Source: Gammaproteobacteria bacterium (GTDB lineage: Bacteria > Pseudomonadota > Gammaproteobacteria > Burkholderiales > Gallionellaceae). Taken from it: DNA of 64,000 bases. Numbering within the stretch: position 1 is the first letter of the stretch; each line of letters starts with the position of its first letter. The stretch covers positions 1,587-65,586 of the forward strand of contig JAHJQE010000036.1 in assembly GCA_018819205.1 (NCBI GenBank). Reading direction: 5' to 3'. Below the pieces are notes generated by a model, which saw only the letters and a program-made list of their open reading frames with translations, was not told the origin of the DNA and made no database searches. Below, piece by piece: positions 37,394-47,471 of this stretch. The position numbers were made by a program, and so were the translations under genes.

Positions 37394-40300
37394 ATGATGC
37401 TTAAACTCGCGCTCCGTTCTACTGCGATCGGCACCTGGAGAGTTTCCCGTCTGCTATTTCTGCTATTCGTTCTGCTCGGCGCGGGTGGCTTGCTTGCCTT
37501 GCGCTACTGGGTATTGCCTGGCGTCGAACGCTACCATTCCTTCATCGAGCTCGCTGCCAGCTCTGCAGTGGGGAGAAAGGTCTCCATCGGCCATATCGAA
37601 GCTGATTGGTACGGATTCCGTCCGCGCCTGTTGATGTCCGATGTGCGCATTCTGGACGAGCAGGGCAATGCCGCACTGCAGTTTCCGCTGTTGAGGAACG
37701 CGGTGGCATGGAGCACCTTCTTCTCGGGTGAGCTTCGTTTCAACAGTCTCGAACTTGAAAATCCGCAACTGCTGGTGCGACGAGATGCGCTGGGCAATCG
37801 TTTCATTGCCGGCCTCTCCTCCAACAGGCAGGGTGAACTGAGTTCGGATGCAAAAAGCCTGGATTGGCTGTTGCATCAATCGCTCATCGTGATACGCAAC
37901 GGCCGCATCATCTGGCAGGACGAGATGCGCAACGCTCCGCCCATCTCTTTCGAACATGTCGATCTCATCATCCAGAATATACGGGGGCGGCATCGTCTCG
38001 CCTTGAATGCCACCCCGCCGTCTGCATTGGCTACCCCCATCGATCTGCGCGCCAATCTTCGCGGTGACAGTTTCGCCGATGCGACAAGCTGGGAGGGCGA
38101 GGTCTACACCAGGATGGATCACACTGAGGTCGGTGCCTGGCGCACCTGGTTCGATTTGCCCGCGGCCATAAAGCAAGGTAGCGGCGGCGTGCGACTCTGG
38201 TTGGGCATATCAAGGGGTTTGCCGGCGAAGCTGGATGTCGATGTGGATCTGCACGCCGTCAACGCACAGCTGGCGCAGGATCTGCCCGAACTGTTGCTGC
38301 AGCGCATGCAGGGGCGTCTGGGTTGGCAGCAATCGGATACCGGATTCTCAGTGTCGAGCGAGAAACTCTCGTTGCGCACGCATGATGGCTTTACCTTGCA
38401 ACCGACCGACTTCCTGTTCAGCCTGTCTGCCAAGAGCGGTTACCGTTCCGCTTCGGGCGAGATCAAGGTGAATGCACTGAAGCTGTCTGACATCAATCGC
38501 TTGCTGGTCTACTTGCCGGTAACAGAAGACATCAAGAGCAAGCTCACTGAGTTAGCACCGCAGGGCAAGATACGAAACTTGCATCTGGGTTGGCAGGGTG
38601 ATTTCGAAAAGTTGCAGCGTTATCAGGTGCGCGCCGAGTTCGAACAGGTCGGCCTGAAGCAAGTCGGTGATTGGCCGGCTTTCTCGGGTTTGAGCGGCAC
38701 GGTGGATGGCAACGACAGTGACGGGATACTGAACATCGACAGCCGGAAGCTGCGTATGCAGGCACCCGGTTTCCTATCCGAACCTCTCACATTCGACCGC
38801 ATGTACGGCCAGCTCGACTGGCAACGCAACAGTCAGTATGGCTGGGACCTCAAACTGAACAAGGTGCTGGTCTCCAATGCCGATGCAGAAGGTACCGTTT
38901 ACGGCAGTTACCAGATCAACGACGGCCCCGGCATCGCCGACCTGACGGTCAGTCTGTCTCGCGTCGAGGTGAAGAACGCAGCGCGTTACATCCCGATGCA
39001 TGCCTTCAACGACAAGACCTATCGCTGGCTGCAGACGGGCTTGCAGGGCGGTATCGCTGACTCGTTCCAGATGCACGTGCGCGGAGACTTGAGTGATTTT
39101 CCGTTCCCGGACAGTAAACAGGGTTTGTTCCGTCTGACCGCCAAGGCTAGGGATGTCGTCATCGAATTCGACCCCGGTTGGCCACGCATAGAAAAAGCCA
39201 GGACGGATCTGCTGATACAAGGGCGTTTGCTGCAGGTGAAGGCATCCAGGGCCGAAACGGTGGGGGCCGCCTTGCAGAACGTGCGAGTCGCCTTGCCCGA
39301 CACCTTGTCGAAATCCCTGGTGATGGAAGTCGATGGTGAAGCCGCCGACCAAACCGAACATTCGCTGGATTACATCCGTAACAGTCCGGTGCGCGGCTAC
39401 CTGAACGGATACACCGACGATTTCCACGCCACAGGTCGCGGTCTGCTGAAGCTGCGTCTGGATATCCCGCTCAACGGTGATGGCCATACGCAGGTAAAGG
39501 GCAGTTACCGCGTCGATGGCAACGAGATCGACCTGGGCGGAAGCGTCCCGCTGCTACGCAAGACGAACGGCAGTCTGACTTTCACCGAACAAAGCATCAA
39601 AGCAGAAGGCGTGACTGCACAGATCCTCGGAGGGCCGGCACGTGTCTCATTGCGCAACGATGGCAGCGTGCTGCATGTGCATGCGGACGGGACGCTGGAT
39701 GCCGACAGTCTTCACGAAACCTACAGTTATCCCTTGCTGCGGCGTCTGCACGGCAAGACCGGCTGGCAGGCCGAGATCAGTGTCAAAGACAAGCGTGCAG
39801 ATGTAAGTGTCAGTTCAGACCTGCAGGGATTGGGTTCTACGCTGCCGCGACCGTTCGACAAGGTGGCGGCACAGCATCAGCCACTGAAGTTCGAGTTGAA
39901 AGACGTAGACGCGCGCAACGATCAACTGAAATTCCATTACGGCGAGATATTCAAGATCGAGTTGGACAGAATCGAGAACGAGGCGGGGCAGTGGGCCATC
40001 AAGCGCGGCAACATTGCGCTGGGAAAGGTGGCGGATGCACCGGCCAAGGATGGAATCTGGATCACCGGGCAGTTGCCGTACTTCGTAATGCAAGGGTGGA
40101 GCGGCTGGACATCCCTGCCGGATAGTGAAGGGGTGCTGCCCAACATCGCCGGTATAGATGTGAAGATCGATGAGGTGCAGGGGTACGGCAGCGCGCTGCA
40201 TGAGCTGCGCGTCATCGGTAGCGGACGCAACGGACTGGTCAGTACCCGACTGAATGCGCGCGAAATGAGCGGTGACCTGATCTGGCAACCGCAGGGTGAG

Positions 40301-41233
40301 GGCAAACTGTATGTGCGATTGAAGCGCCTCATGTTGGGCGAAGCTGCCAATGATTCGGAATCCAGCCTGCCGCAGCAAGAGCCGCCTGCAGTGGCGGAAG
40401 ATATCTCCATGCCGGAGATAGACCTGGTTGTAGATCAACTGACATGGAAGCGCAGGCAGCTGGGCAAGCTGGAGATGTTGCTGGATGACGATGCCGGCGA
40501 TGCCGTCCTGAAAAGGATGCGCCTGACCAACCCCGACGGCGTGGTGAACGTAGGTGGGCGCTGGAGTCCAAAACAGGGTGAGACGGAGCTCAGTGCGCGT
40601 ATCGAGATCGCTGATGCCGGTCGCATCCTGGCGCGTTCCGGCTACCCGGAGAGTCTGACCGGCGGTGGAGGCTTGCTGGTGAGTGAACTGCGCTGGCGTG
40701 GTTCACCTGATGCATTCGATTTCCCTAGTCTGAACGGAAGCCTGCAATTGACAACAGGTAAGGGGCGATTCCTGCAGGTCGATCCCGGGGCAGCCAAATT
40801 GCTGGGCGTACTCAGCCTGCAATCGATACCCAAGCGCATCTCACTCGACTTCACCGACGTGTTCACACCCGGTTTCGAGTTCAGCAGCATCAAGGGTGCA
40901 GCGGTCATCCAGAACGGCCTGCTCAAGACCGACGACTTCGTGATGACCGGTTCGGCAGCCAAGGTCACCCTGCAGGGCGAGGTCGATCTGGCGCGTGAGA
41001 CGCAGGAACTCAAGGTGCGTGTCCTGCCGGCCATCGGCGACAACGTTTCGCTGCTGTCTTTCGCCGCCGGGCCGGCAATCGGTGTCGGTGTGTTGCTTAC
41101 AAACAAACTACTGAGCGATCCGCTCGATAAGCTGGTGTCGTTTGACTACAATGTCAGCGGCAGTTGGGCCGATCCTAAGGTAGAGCGGATCGGCGAGCCC
41201 GGTTCGCAAGCTGCGACTGAAATAAAAAAATAG
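37394..41233 (+). CDS. yhdP: YhdP / AsmA-like intermembrane phospholipid transport protein (start approximate)
   Basis: N-terminal TM, long beta-rich body, C-terminal GRFLQVDPGAAKLLGVLSLQSIPKRISLDF; precedes nitrilase-tldD. Confidence 0.9.
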   Translation: MMLKLALRSTAIGTWRVSRLLFLLFVLLGAGGLLALRYWVLPGVERYHSFIELAASSAVGRKVSIGHIEADWYGFRPRLLMSDVRILDEQGNAALQFPLLRNAVAWSTFFSGELRFNSLELENPQLLVRRDALGNRFIAGLSSNRQGELSSDAKSLDWLLHQSLIVIRNGRIIWQDEMRNAPPISFEHVDLIIQNIRGRHRLALNATPPSALATPIDLRANLRGDSFADATSWEGEVYTRMDHTEVGAWRTWFDLPAAIKQGSGGVRLWLGISRGLPAKLDVDVDLHAVNAQLAQDLPELLLQRMQGRLGWQQSDTGFSVSSEKLSLRTHDGFTLQPTDFLFSLSAKSGYRSASGEIKVNALKLSDINRLLVYLPVTEDIKSKLTELAPQGKIRNLHLGWQGDFEKLQRYQVRAEFEQVGLKQVGDWPAFSGLSGTVDGNDSDGILNIDSRKLRMQAPGFLSEPLTFDRMYGQLDWQRNSQYGWDLKLNKVLVSNADAEGTVYGSYQINDGPGIADLTVSLSRVEVKNAARYIPMHAFNDKTYRWLQTGLQGGIADSFQMHVRGDLSDFPFPDSKQGLFRLTAKARDVVIEFDPGWPRIEKARTDLLIQGRLLQVKASRAETVGAALQNVRVALPDTLSKSLVMEVDGEAADQTEHSLDYIRNSPVRGYLNGYTDDFHATGRGLLKLRLDIPLNGDGHTQVKGSYRVDGNEIDLGGSVPLLRKTNGSLTFTEQSIKAEGVTAQILGGPARVSLRNDGSVLHVHADGTLDADSLHETYSYPLLRRLHGKTGWQAEISVKDKRADVSVSSDLQGLGSTLPRPFDKVAAQHQPLKFELKDVDARNDQLKFHYGEIFKIELDRIENEAGQWAIKRGNIALGKVADAPAKDGIWITGQLPYFVMQGWSGWTSLPDSEGVLPNIAGIDVKIDEVQGYGSALHELRVIGSGRNGLVSTRLNAREMSGDLIWQPQGEGKLYVRLKRLMLGEAANDSESSLPQQEPPAVAEDISMPEIDLVVDQLTWKRRQLGKLEMLLDDDAGDAVLKRMRLTNPDGVVNVGGRWSPKQGETELSARIEIADAGRILARSGYPESLTGGGGLLVSELRWRGSPDAFDFPSLNGSLQLTTGKGRFLQVDPGAAKLLGVLSLQSIPKRISLDFTDVFTPGFEFSSIKGAAVIQNGLLKTDDFVMTGSAAKVTLQGEVDLARETQELKVRVLPAIGDNVSLLSFAAGPAIGVGVLLTNKLLSDPLDKLVSFDYNVSGSWADPKVERIGEPGSQAATEIKK

Positions 41234-41264
41234 ACTCTCAACGTATACAGAAAGCACTGACAAC

Positions 41265-42131
41265 ATGAGCGCTCTTGATTCCACACAAGCCCGTATCGCC
41301 GCGCAACAAAGCGCATTCAAGGTCGCAGCCATCCAGATGGCGTCCGGCCCCAATGTCGAAGGCAACCTGAGCGAGGCGCGGCGTCTGGTGGCCGATGCGG
41401 CCGGTCAGGGAGCGAAGCTGGTCGTCCTGCCTGAGTTCTTCGCCATCATGGGCATGAACGAACAGGACAAGGTCAAAGTATGCGAACAACCGGGTGAAGG
41501 CCCGATCCAGCAATTCCTCAGTGAGACCGCGCGCAAGCACAAGATATGGCTGATGGGTTCCCTGCCGCTGGTGTCGAACACGCCGAACAAGGTGCGCAAC
41601 AGCCTGCTGGTGTTCGACGAGACCGGTGCCCAGGTCGCACGCTACGACAAGATCCACCTGTTCAACCTGACGCTGGGCAACGAAAGTTACAACGAAGCGC
41701 AGACCATCGAGGCAGGTGACAAGGTCGTTGTGATCGACAGCCCGTTCGGGCGTATCGGCCTGGCAATATGCTACGACCTGCGCTTCCCCGAGCTCTTCCG
41801 CGCCATGAAGGATGTCGACATCATCGTGCTGCCCTCAGCCTTCACCGCCACCACAGGCAAGGTGCACTGGGAGCCGCTGATCCGCGCACGCGCCATCGAG
41901 AATCTGTCCTACGTCATCGCCGCAGCACAAGGCGGCTACCACGTGAGCGGACGCGAGACGCACGGCCACAGCATGATCGTCGATCCCTGGGGCCGCATCA
42001 TGGATGAATTGCAGCGCGGCTCCGGCGTGGTCTTCGCCGATGTCAACGCCTCCTACCAGAAGAGTTTGCGCAGCAGCCTGCCGGCTTTGTCCCATCGCAC
42101 CATCAGCTGCACATGTTGCGATAAGACATGA
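41265..42131 (+). CDS. Carbon-nitrogen hydrolase (Nit1-like)
   Basis: [21 protein letters not shown] catalytic triad. Confidence 0.95.
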   Translation: MSALDSTQARIAAQQSAFKVAAIQMASGPNVEGNLSEARRLVADAAGQGAKLVVLPEFFAIMGMNEQDKVKVCEQPGEGPIQQFLSETARKHKIWLMGSLPLVSNTPNKVRNSLLVFDETGAQVARYDKIHLFNLTLGNESYNEAQTIEAGDKVVVIDSPFGRIGLAICYDLRFPELFRAMKDVDIIVLPSAFTATTGKVHWEPLIRARAIENLSYVIAAAQGGYHVSGRETHGHSMIVDPWGRIMDELQRGSGVVFADVNASYQKSLRSSLPALSHRTISCTCCDKT

Positions 42132-43567
42132 GTGCAAGCCCCCTCAAGATCGCCGAGCACACCCTGCTTGATGCCCATGGTTTGAAAGCAGGGCAGTTGC
42201 AGCACGTGTTCGGCAGCATGCTGACGCACAAGGTCGACTATGCCGACCTGTATTTCCAGTACAGCCGTGCCGAGAGCTGGTCGCTGGAAGAGGGCATCGT
42301 CAAATCCGGAAGCTTCAATATCGACCAGGGCGTGGGCGTGCGCGCCGTCAGCGGCGACAAGACCGCCTTTGCCTATTCCGACGACATCACGCTCGACGCG
42401 CTACAACAGGCCGCCATCGCAACACGCGCCATCGCCCGCCAGGGCGGCAACCAGACCGCACCCATGTTGCGCCGCAGCAAGGCGCATGAACTCTATCTGC
42501 CGCAGGACCCCATCGCCTCGCTGCGTGCCGACGACAAGGTGGCATTGCTGGAAAGACTGGAGCGCATCGCACGCGCGCTCGACCCGCGCGTGACGCAGGT
42601 GATGGCCAATCTGGCCGGTGAATATGAAGTTGTGCTGGTCGCGCGCAACGACGGTTTGATGAGTGCCGACATCCGTCCGTTGGTGCGTCTCTCGCTGCAA
42701 GTCATCGTCGAAGGCAATGGCAAGCGCGAACAGGGTTCGGCGGGCGGCGGCGGTCGCTTCGGTTACGACTACTTCACAGAAGAGGTCCTGCAACGCTACG
42801 CGAAGGAAGCAGTGCATCAGGCCGTGATCAATCTCGATGCGCGTCCCGCGCCGGCAGGCAACATGACCGTGGTGCTGGGTAATGGCTGGCCCGGCATCCT
42901 GCTGCATGAAGCGGTGGGGCACGGACTGGAAGGCGACTTCAACCGCAAGGGCAGCTCGGCCTTCTCCGGTCGCGTCGGCAAACGCGTGGCCGCCAAAGGC
43001 GTCACCGTGGTGGACGACGGCACCATCAAGGACAGACGTGGTTCGCTCAACATCGACGACGAAGGCAACCTCACGCAGCGCACCGTTCTGATCGAGGACG
43101 GCATCCTGCGTGGTTACCTGCAGGACAGTATGAACGCGCGCCTGATGAAGGTGCCGGTCACCGGTAACGCGCGCCGTGAATCGTTCGCGCACCTGCCCAT
43201 CCCGCGCATGACCAACACCATGATGATGAACGGCGACAAGTCGCCGGAGGAGATCATCGCCTCGGTCAAGCACGGACTGTATGCCGCCAACTTCGGCGGT
43301 GGTCAGGTCGACATCACCAGCGGCAAGTTCGTGTTCTCCACCACCGAGGCCTACATGATCGAGAACGGCAAAGTCACTTATCCGGTGAAGGGCGCCACCT
43401 TGATCGGCAACGGCCCCGATGCGCTGACCCGCATCAGCATGATCGGCAACGACATGGCACTCGATAGCGGCGTCGGCACTTGCGGCAAGGAAGGGCAGAG
43501 CGTACCGGTCGGTGTTGGTCAACCGACCGTGCGCATCGACGGACTGACCGTAGGCGGAACGGCCTGA
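42128..43567 (+). CDS. tldD: Metalloprotease TldD
   Basis: [33 protein letters not shown]. Confidence 0.98.
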   Translation: MSASPLKIAEHTLLDAHGLKAGQLQHVFGSMLTHKVDYADLYFQYSRAESWSLEEGIVKSGSFNIDQGVGVRAVSGDKTAFAYSDDITLDALQQAAIATRAIARQGGNQTAPMLRRSKAHELYLPQDPIASLRADDKVALLERLERIARALDPRVTQVMANLAGEYEVVLVARNDGLMSADIRPLVRLSLQVIVEGNGKREQGSAGGGGRFGYDYFTEEVLQRYAKEAVHQAVINLDARPAPAGNMTVVLGNGWPGILLHEAVGHGLEGDFNRKGSSAFSGRVGKRVAAKGVTVVDDGTIKDRRGSLNIDDEGNLTQRTVLIEDGILRGYLQDSMNARLMKVPVTGNARRESFAHLPIPRMTNTMMMNGDKSPEEIIASVKHGLYAANFGGGQVDITSGKFVFSTTEAYMIENGKVTYPVKGATLIGNGPDALTRISMIGNDMALDSGVGTCGKEGQSVPVGVGQPTVRIDGLTVGGTA

Positions 43568-43584
43568 GGCAGGGCAGGACGGCG

Positions 43585-43974
43585 ATGACGATCTATGCAT
43601 TCCTCGCCGTCGGATGTGGTGCCGCATGCGGGGCGTGGTTACGCTGGATCCTCGGCGCATGGCTGAACCCGACCATGGCTGAGTTGCCGCCCGGAACCCT
43701 GGCAGCCAATCTGGTCGGCGGTTACCTCATCGGCGTCGCCGTCGCCTTCTTCATGCAGCATCCGGGCCTGTCGCCCGAATGGCGATTGTTCATCATCACC
43801 GGCTTCCTCGGCGGCCTCACCACCTTCTCGACATTCTCGGCGGAGACGGTCACGCTGTTGATGCGCGGGCAGTACGCCTGGGCATCCGGCATCGTCGCGG
43901 CGCACCTTGGCGGTTCGCTGCTGATGACGGTACTGGGGATACAGACTTTCAAATGGTTCAACGCGGGAGCGTGA
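43585..43974 (+). CDS. crcB: Fluoride channel Fluc/CrcB
   Basis: [26 protein letters not shown]. Confidence 0.95.
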   Translation: MTIYAFLAVGCGAACGAWLRWILGAWLNPTMAELPPGTLAANLVGGYLIGVAVAFFMQHPGLSPEWRLFIITGFLGGLTTFSTFSAETVTLLMRGQYAWASGIVAAHLGGSLLMTVLGIQTFKWFNAGA

Positions 43975-43975
43975 T

Positions 43976-44302
43976 ATGCAAAGCAATGTCTATCTCAAGT
44001 TCTACCTGACCGAGAAACAGCTGCATCAAAGCAAGACTATGTCCGAGTGGCTGCTGGAGACGGCACGCGCGCTGGGGGCGCCGGGAGGTTCGGTGTTCCG
44101 CGCAGTCGCGGGGTACGGACGTCACGGTCGCCTGCACGAAGAGACCTTCTTCGAATTGGGCGCAGATCTGCCGGTACAGGTGGAGTTCGTGCTCGAACCC
44201 ACGCGTGCCAACCAGTTGCTGGGTGTCATCGCGGCAGAGAACATCTCTCTGCCGTATGTGCGCTACGTCGTCGAATGCGGCAACACGCTGCCGCAAGACT
44301 GA
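43976..44302 (+). CDS. DUF190 family (PII-like) protein
   Basis: VFRAVAGYGRHG, DLPVQVEFV; usual crcB neighbour. Confidence 0.88.
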   Translation: MQSNVYLKFYLTEKQLHQSKTMSEWLLETARALGAPGGSVFRAVAGYGRHGRLHEETFFELGADLPVQVEFVLEPTRANQLLGVIAAENISLPYVRYVVECGNTLPQD

Positions 44303-44306
44303 AGAA

Positions 44307-44693
44307 TTACTTTCCGGACAGCATCGACTCTATCTGGATCTCGGCAGCGATCCAGTAATCCATCGAGCCGCCGGAAAATCCGTTCTTCTCGGCCAGGAAA
44401 TAGGCGGCATCCTGCACCATGCGATAACGCTGTTCTGGTGATGGAACATACTTGGCTGCGGCCTTCTTGGCAGGCGCTTTCTTCGGTGCGGCAGGTTTGG
44501 CAGCCGGCTTCGCTACTGCTTTGGCAGCGGGCTTGGCAGCAGTTGTCGTCGTCTTCGCTGCAGCCTTGGGGGCTGCGACTTTCTTGGCAGCCGGTTTCGC
44601 AGCAGCCTTGGCAGCGGGCTTGCTGGCCGTCGTCGTTTTCTTGGTTGCCGTCGTGGTCTTCTTGGTCGTGCTGGCAGATTTTGCAGTAGCCAT
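44307..44693 (-). CDS. Histone H1-like K/A/P-rich protein with C-terminal DUF2934 domain
   Basis: KPAAK repeats; RYRMVQDAAYFLAEKNGF...DYWIAAE. Confidence 0.8.
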   Translation of the reverse strand: MATAKSASTTKKTTTATKKTTTASKPAAKAAAKPAAKKVAAPKAAAKTTTTAAKPAAKAVAKPAAKPAAPKKAPAKKAAAKYVPSPEQRYRMVQDAAYFLAEKNGFSGGSMDYWIAAEIQIESMLSGK

Positions 44694-44785
44694 GATGTTC
44701 CCCTTTTAAGTGGTCTTCGGTACGTCGGACTAAGGCTGAAAGCCTGTCCCTGTGGCGATTCTACACATTTCCTGTGACGCGGAGA

Positions 44786-45541
44786 TTAAATCGTGAACAT
44801 GCCGCCTTTGCAGGTATGGGCCTGTTCGATGCGCGTGATCGTCGGCAGCAGATTCAGTCCTGTCTTGTTTTTTAATTTCTCCGCATCATCCTTCAGATCA
44901 TCCAGCGAGACCTTGATCGGTTTGCCTCGTGCCGCGATGGCGATCACATTGCCGCTGTCGCATGAAGGGAAAGCCAGCGCACGACCGTCGAAGGTTTCGG
45001 AGATGCGTTCGAAACTGGCCTTGTAGCCGCGTGTGCGACCGAGCAGATTCACTGCCATGATGCCGTTCTCGTTCAGGCGTGCGTAGCAACTCTCATAGAA
45101 CGGTGAAGTGTCGAGTTCACCGGCGCGTGCATTCTCGTCGAAGCCGTCCACCAGTATCAGGTCGAACTGTTTCTCATACTCTTCCACGAATCGGGCTCCA
45201 TCGCCGATTACGATGTTCAAGCGCAGCGGGTCTTCTGGAAGCTTGAAGAACTGCTTCGCCGCAGCTACCACGCCCGGTTCGATCTCCACCACCGTCAGAT
45301 TCGACAGCGGATAGTTGCGATACAGGAACTTGGTGATGGAGGCGGCGCCGAGTCCGATCAGCAGCACGCGGCGCGGAAAGCGCGTACCTTCGCGCAACAG
45401 CAGACTGGCCATCATCTCCTTGGTGTATTCCAGCTCCAGATTCCACGGGCGTGCGATGCGCATCGCGCCCTGTATCCAGAGTGAACCGAAATGAAGATAG
45501 CGGACACCCGCCTCTTCGCTGATGTCTATGGGGAAACTCAT
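44786..45541 (-). CDS. Spermidine synthase-like SAM-dependent transferase
   Basis: IQGAMR, LELEYTKEMM, LIGLGAAS, LILVDGFD. Confidence 0.85.
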   Translation of the reverse strand: MSFPIDISEEAGVRYLHFGSLWIQGAMRIARPWNLELEYTKEMMASLLLREGTRFPRRVLLIGLGAASITKFLYRNYPLSNLTVVEIEPGVVAAAKQFFKLPEDPLRLNIVIGDGARFVEEYEKQFDLILVDGFDENARAGELDTSPFYESCYARLNENGIMAVNLLGRTRGYKASFERISETFDGRALAFPSCDSGNVIAIAARGKPIKVSLDDLKDDAEKLKNKTGLNLLPTITRIEQAHTCKGGMFTI

Positions 45542-45577
45542 GTTAATTAAGTGAGGTTGGTGGGTGTAAAGTCGTCG

Positions 45578-45946
45578 TCATTGCGGTGTGCGGTCGGGGC
45601 CGCGCCGTTCCAGCATCGCTTCGATATGCTGGCATAGCAGATCGTCAGGTTTGCCATAGATCTCATCATGGGCCAATTGAAAGACCGCCTCTTCCAGTGC
45701 GCCCTCTTCGCCGAACTCGAAACCGATGTCGTGGCGCTCGAGCATGCGTGTCGCCCAGGCTTTCAGATCGGTGGCGCACAATTCACGTTGTTTGAATTGA
45801 TGCAGGATACTGATGAAACTCGCTCTCGAAACGTAAGCCAGATAACCGTCCGCGTTCGTACCATAATTGTTCAGTGCTTCTAGTACCTGTGCTTCAGGGC
45901 GGGGGTTGAGGATGATTTCCATCAGCAGTTCGATGTGATTGTTCAT
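45578..45946 (-). CDS. Hypothetical protein
   Basis: 122-aa ORF with GGAGG SD, co-oriented with neighbours; no motif recognised. Confidence 0.65.
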   Translation of the reverse strand: MNNHIELLMEIILNPRPEAQVLEALNNYGTNADGYLAYVSRASFISILHQFKQRELCATDLKAWATRMLERHDIGFEFGEEGALEEAVFQLAHDEIYGKPDDLLCQHIEAMLERRGPDRTPQ

Positions 45947-45991
45947 GTGTGCCTCCTGACTCTGAAGAGATCGTTACACGTGGATGATGGA

Positions 45992-46534
45992 TCAACTCGC
46001 TTTTCCGTTATTTCCGACATTATCGTTACGAATTGCCAATCGGCGCAGTGCGAGCTTTATCAGAGCCCGTAGTGATTCAACCAGCAACAGAATGGCCAGC
46101 ACAAATCCTGCGGCGAAGGTCAACACATCCTGACCCAGTGGTGCAGCATAGGAATACTGCGCGAGCGTCTCATCGAAAATCTCTTGGTCGGCCTGCATCA
46201 GCACATGCCACACTCTGAGTGCAAGATTCACATTCAAAGCTGTGATCTCGGCCTCGAAACGCAGCTTGCGTTGCACCATTTTCTCGATGGCAGAACCTTC
46301 CTCCTGGAACGCTCTCTCGCCGCTGCTGCGATGCAGCGCGATCAGCTTGTCCATGTCGCCCGCGAAATATTTGTCGGCGATGGCCTGGAACGGTTGCAGG
46401 TTGACGGTGACCTCGCGCAGATGCGCATCCACCCGCTTCTGATACTGATCGACGAAGTTCGGTAGCTGCAAGCCGAGCAACAGCGCGGCGCAGGCGACGA
46501 AGATCATCAGGTAGCGGTAGAGCGGGTCACTCAT
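45992..46534 (-). CDS. DUF2937 family membrane protein
   Basis: LQLPNFVDQYQKRVDAHL pattern, N- and C-terminal TM. Confidence 0.7.
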   Translation of the reverse strand: MSDPLYRYLMIFVACAALLLGLQLPNFVDQYQKRVDAHLREVTVNLQPFQAIADKYFAGDMDKLIALHRSSGERAFQEEGSAIEKMVQRKLRFEAEITALNVNLALRVWHVLMQADQEIFDETLAQYSYAAPLGQDVLTFAAGFVLAILLLVESLRALIKLALRRLAIRNDNVGNNGKAS

Positions 46535-46536
46535 GG

Positions 46537-47397
46537 TTATCTCAGTGGGGGCGCCATCTGGTTCAACAACCAGCGTGCCCATTCGGTCACTTCGGTCGCA
46601 CTCATGCCGATGGTGGCGACCTGTTCGGCTAGCGCATCACCCGCCGCGCCGTGCAGATGCACCGCCAGCAGCAATGCCTCGTCGGCAGCCAGCCCTTGTG
46701 CGACAAAGGCGGCGATCATGCCGCTCAGCACATCGCCCATGCCGGCCGAGCTCATGCCGGGGTTGCCTGTCTTGTTTACGAATACCTTGCCGTCGGCGCT
46801 GGCGATCAGGCTGTCTGCGCCTTTCAACACCACACTGCCGTGATAGCGCTTGGCGATGTCCAGTACCGACACGACACGTGCGTCCTGTACTTCCTCTGTC
46901 TTGAGATGCAGCAAGCGCGCCGCTTCGCCCGGATGCGGGGTGAGCAGGGTGGGGCGCTTGCGCTCGAACAGCATGCCGCGCAGGTCGGGGCGCTCGGCCA
47001 GGATGTTCAGCGCATCCGCATCCAGCACCAGCGTCACATCCAGTTTGATCGCATCGAACAGCAATTTCTGCGCGGGCAGGCTGCGGCCCAGCCCGTTGCC
47101 GATGGCCACCACGTCCAGCCCAGGCAGCTTGAGTGCGTCCTGCGCGCGGTGCACCATCAGCTCCGGCATGCGCATGTCCACGGCAGGCATCTTGTCCGCC
47201 AGCAGACCGACATGCACCACGCCCGCCCCCAGCTTCAGCGCGGCACGCCCCGCCAGAAAGGCCGCACCGATCATGCCCTCGCCGCCGCCGATGATGGCGA
47301 CAGTACCGAAATTGCCTTTATGGCTGTCTTTTTGGCGCGGTTTCAGGAAGGCAGAAACCTGTTTTTGGGTGATAGTGGTGGGGCGGGGGAGCTTCAT
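46537..47397 (-). CDS. nnrD: NAD(P)H-hydrate dehydratase (YjeF C-terminal domain only)
   Basis: [32 protein letters not shown]. Confidence 0.92.
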   Translation of the reverse strand: MKLPRPTTITQKQVSAFLKPRQKDSHKGNFGTVAIIGGGEGMIGAAFLAGRAALKLGAGVVHVGLLADKMPAVDMRMPELMVHRAQDALKLPGLDVVAIGNGLGRSLPAQKLLFDAIKLDVTLVLDADALNILAERPDLRGMLFERKRPTLLTPHPGEAARLLHLKTEEVQDARVVSVLDIAKRYHGSVVLKGADSLIASADGKVFVNKTGNPGMSSAGMGDVLSGMIAAFVAQGLAADEALLLAVHLHGAAGDALAEQVATIGMSATEVTEWARWLLNQMAPPLR

Positions 47398-47471
47398 GCG
47401 GTTTTCCTCGGGTCGTAGAGAGTCGGCTGCATTATAATCGCTGCCTGTTTTCAACGCCGTTTATCCAAGCC

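Noticed and set aside
43578-43611. GACGGCGA/TCGCCGTC hairpin at the crcB start as a fluoride riboswitch
   Set aside because: Overlaps the coding start, loop too long, and no downstream pseudoknot strand; crcB looks co-transcribed with tldD
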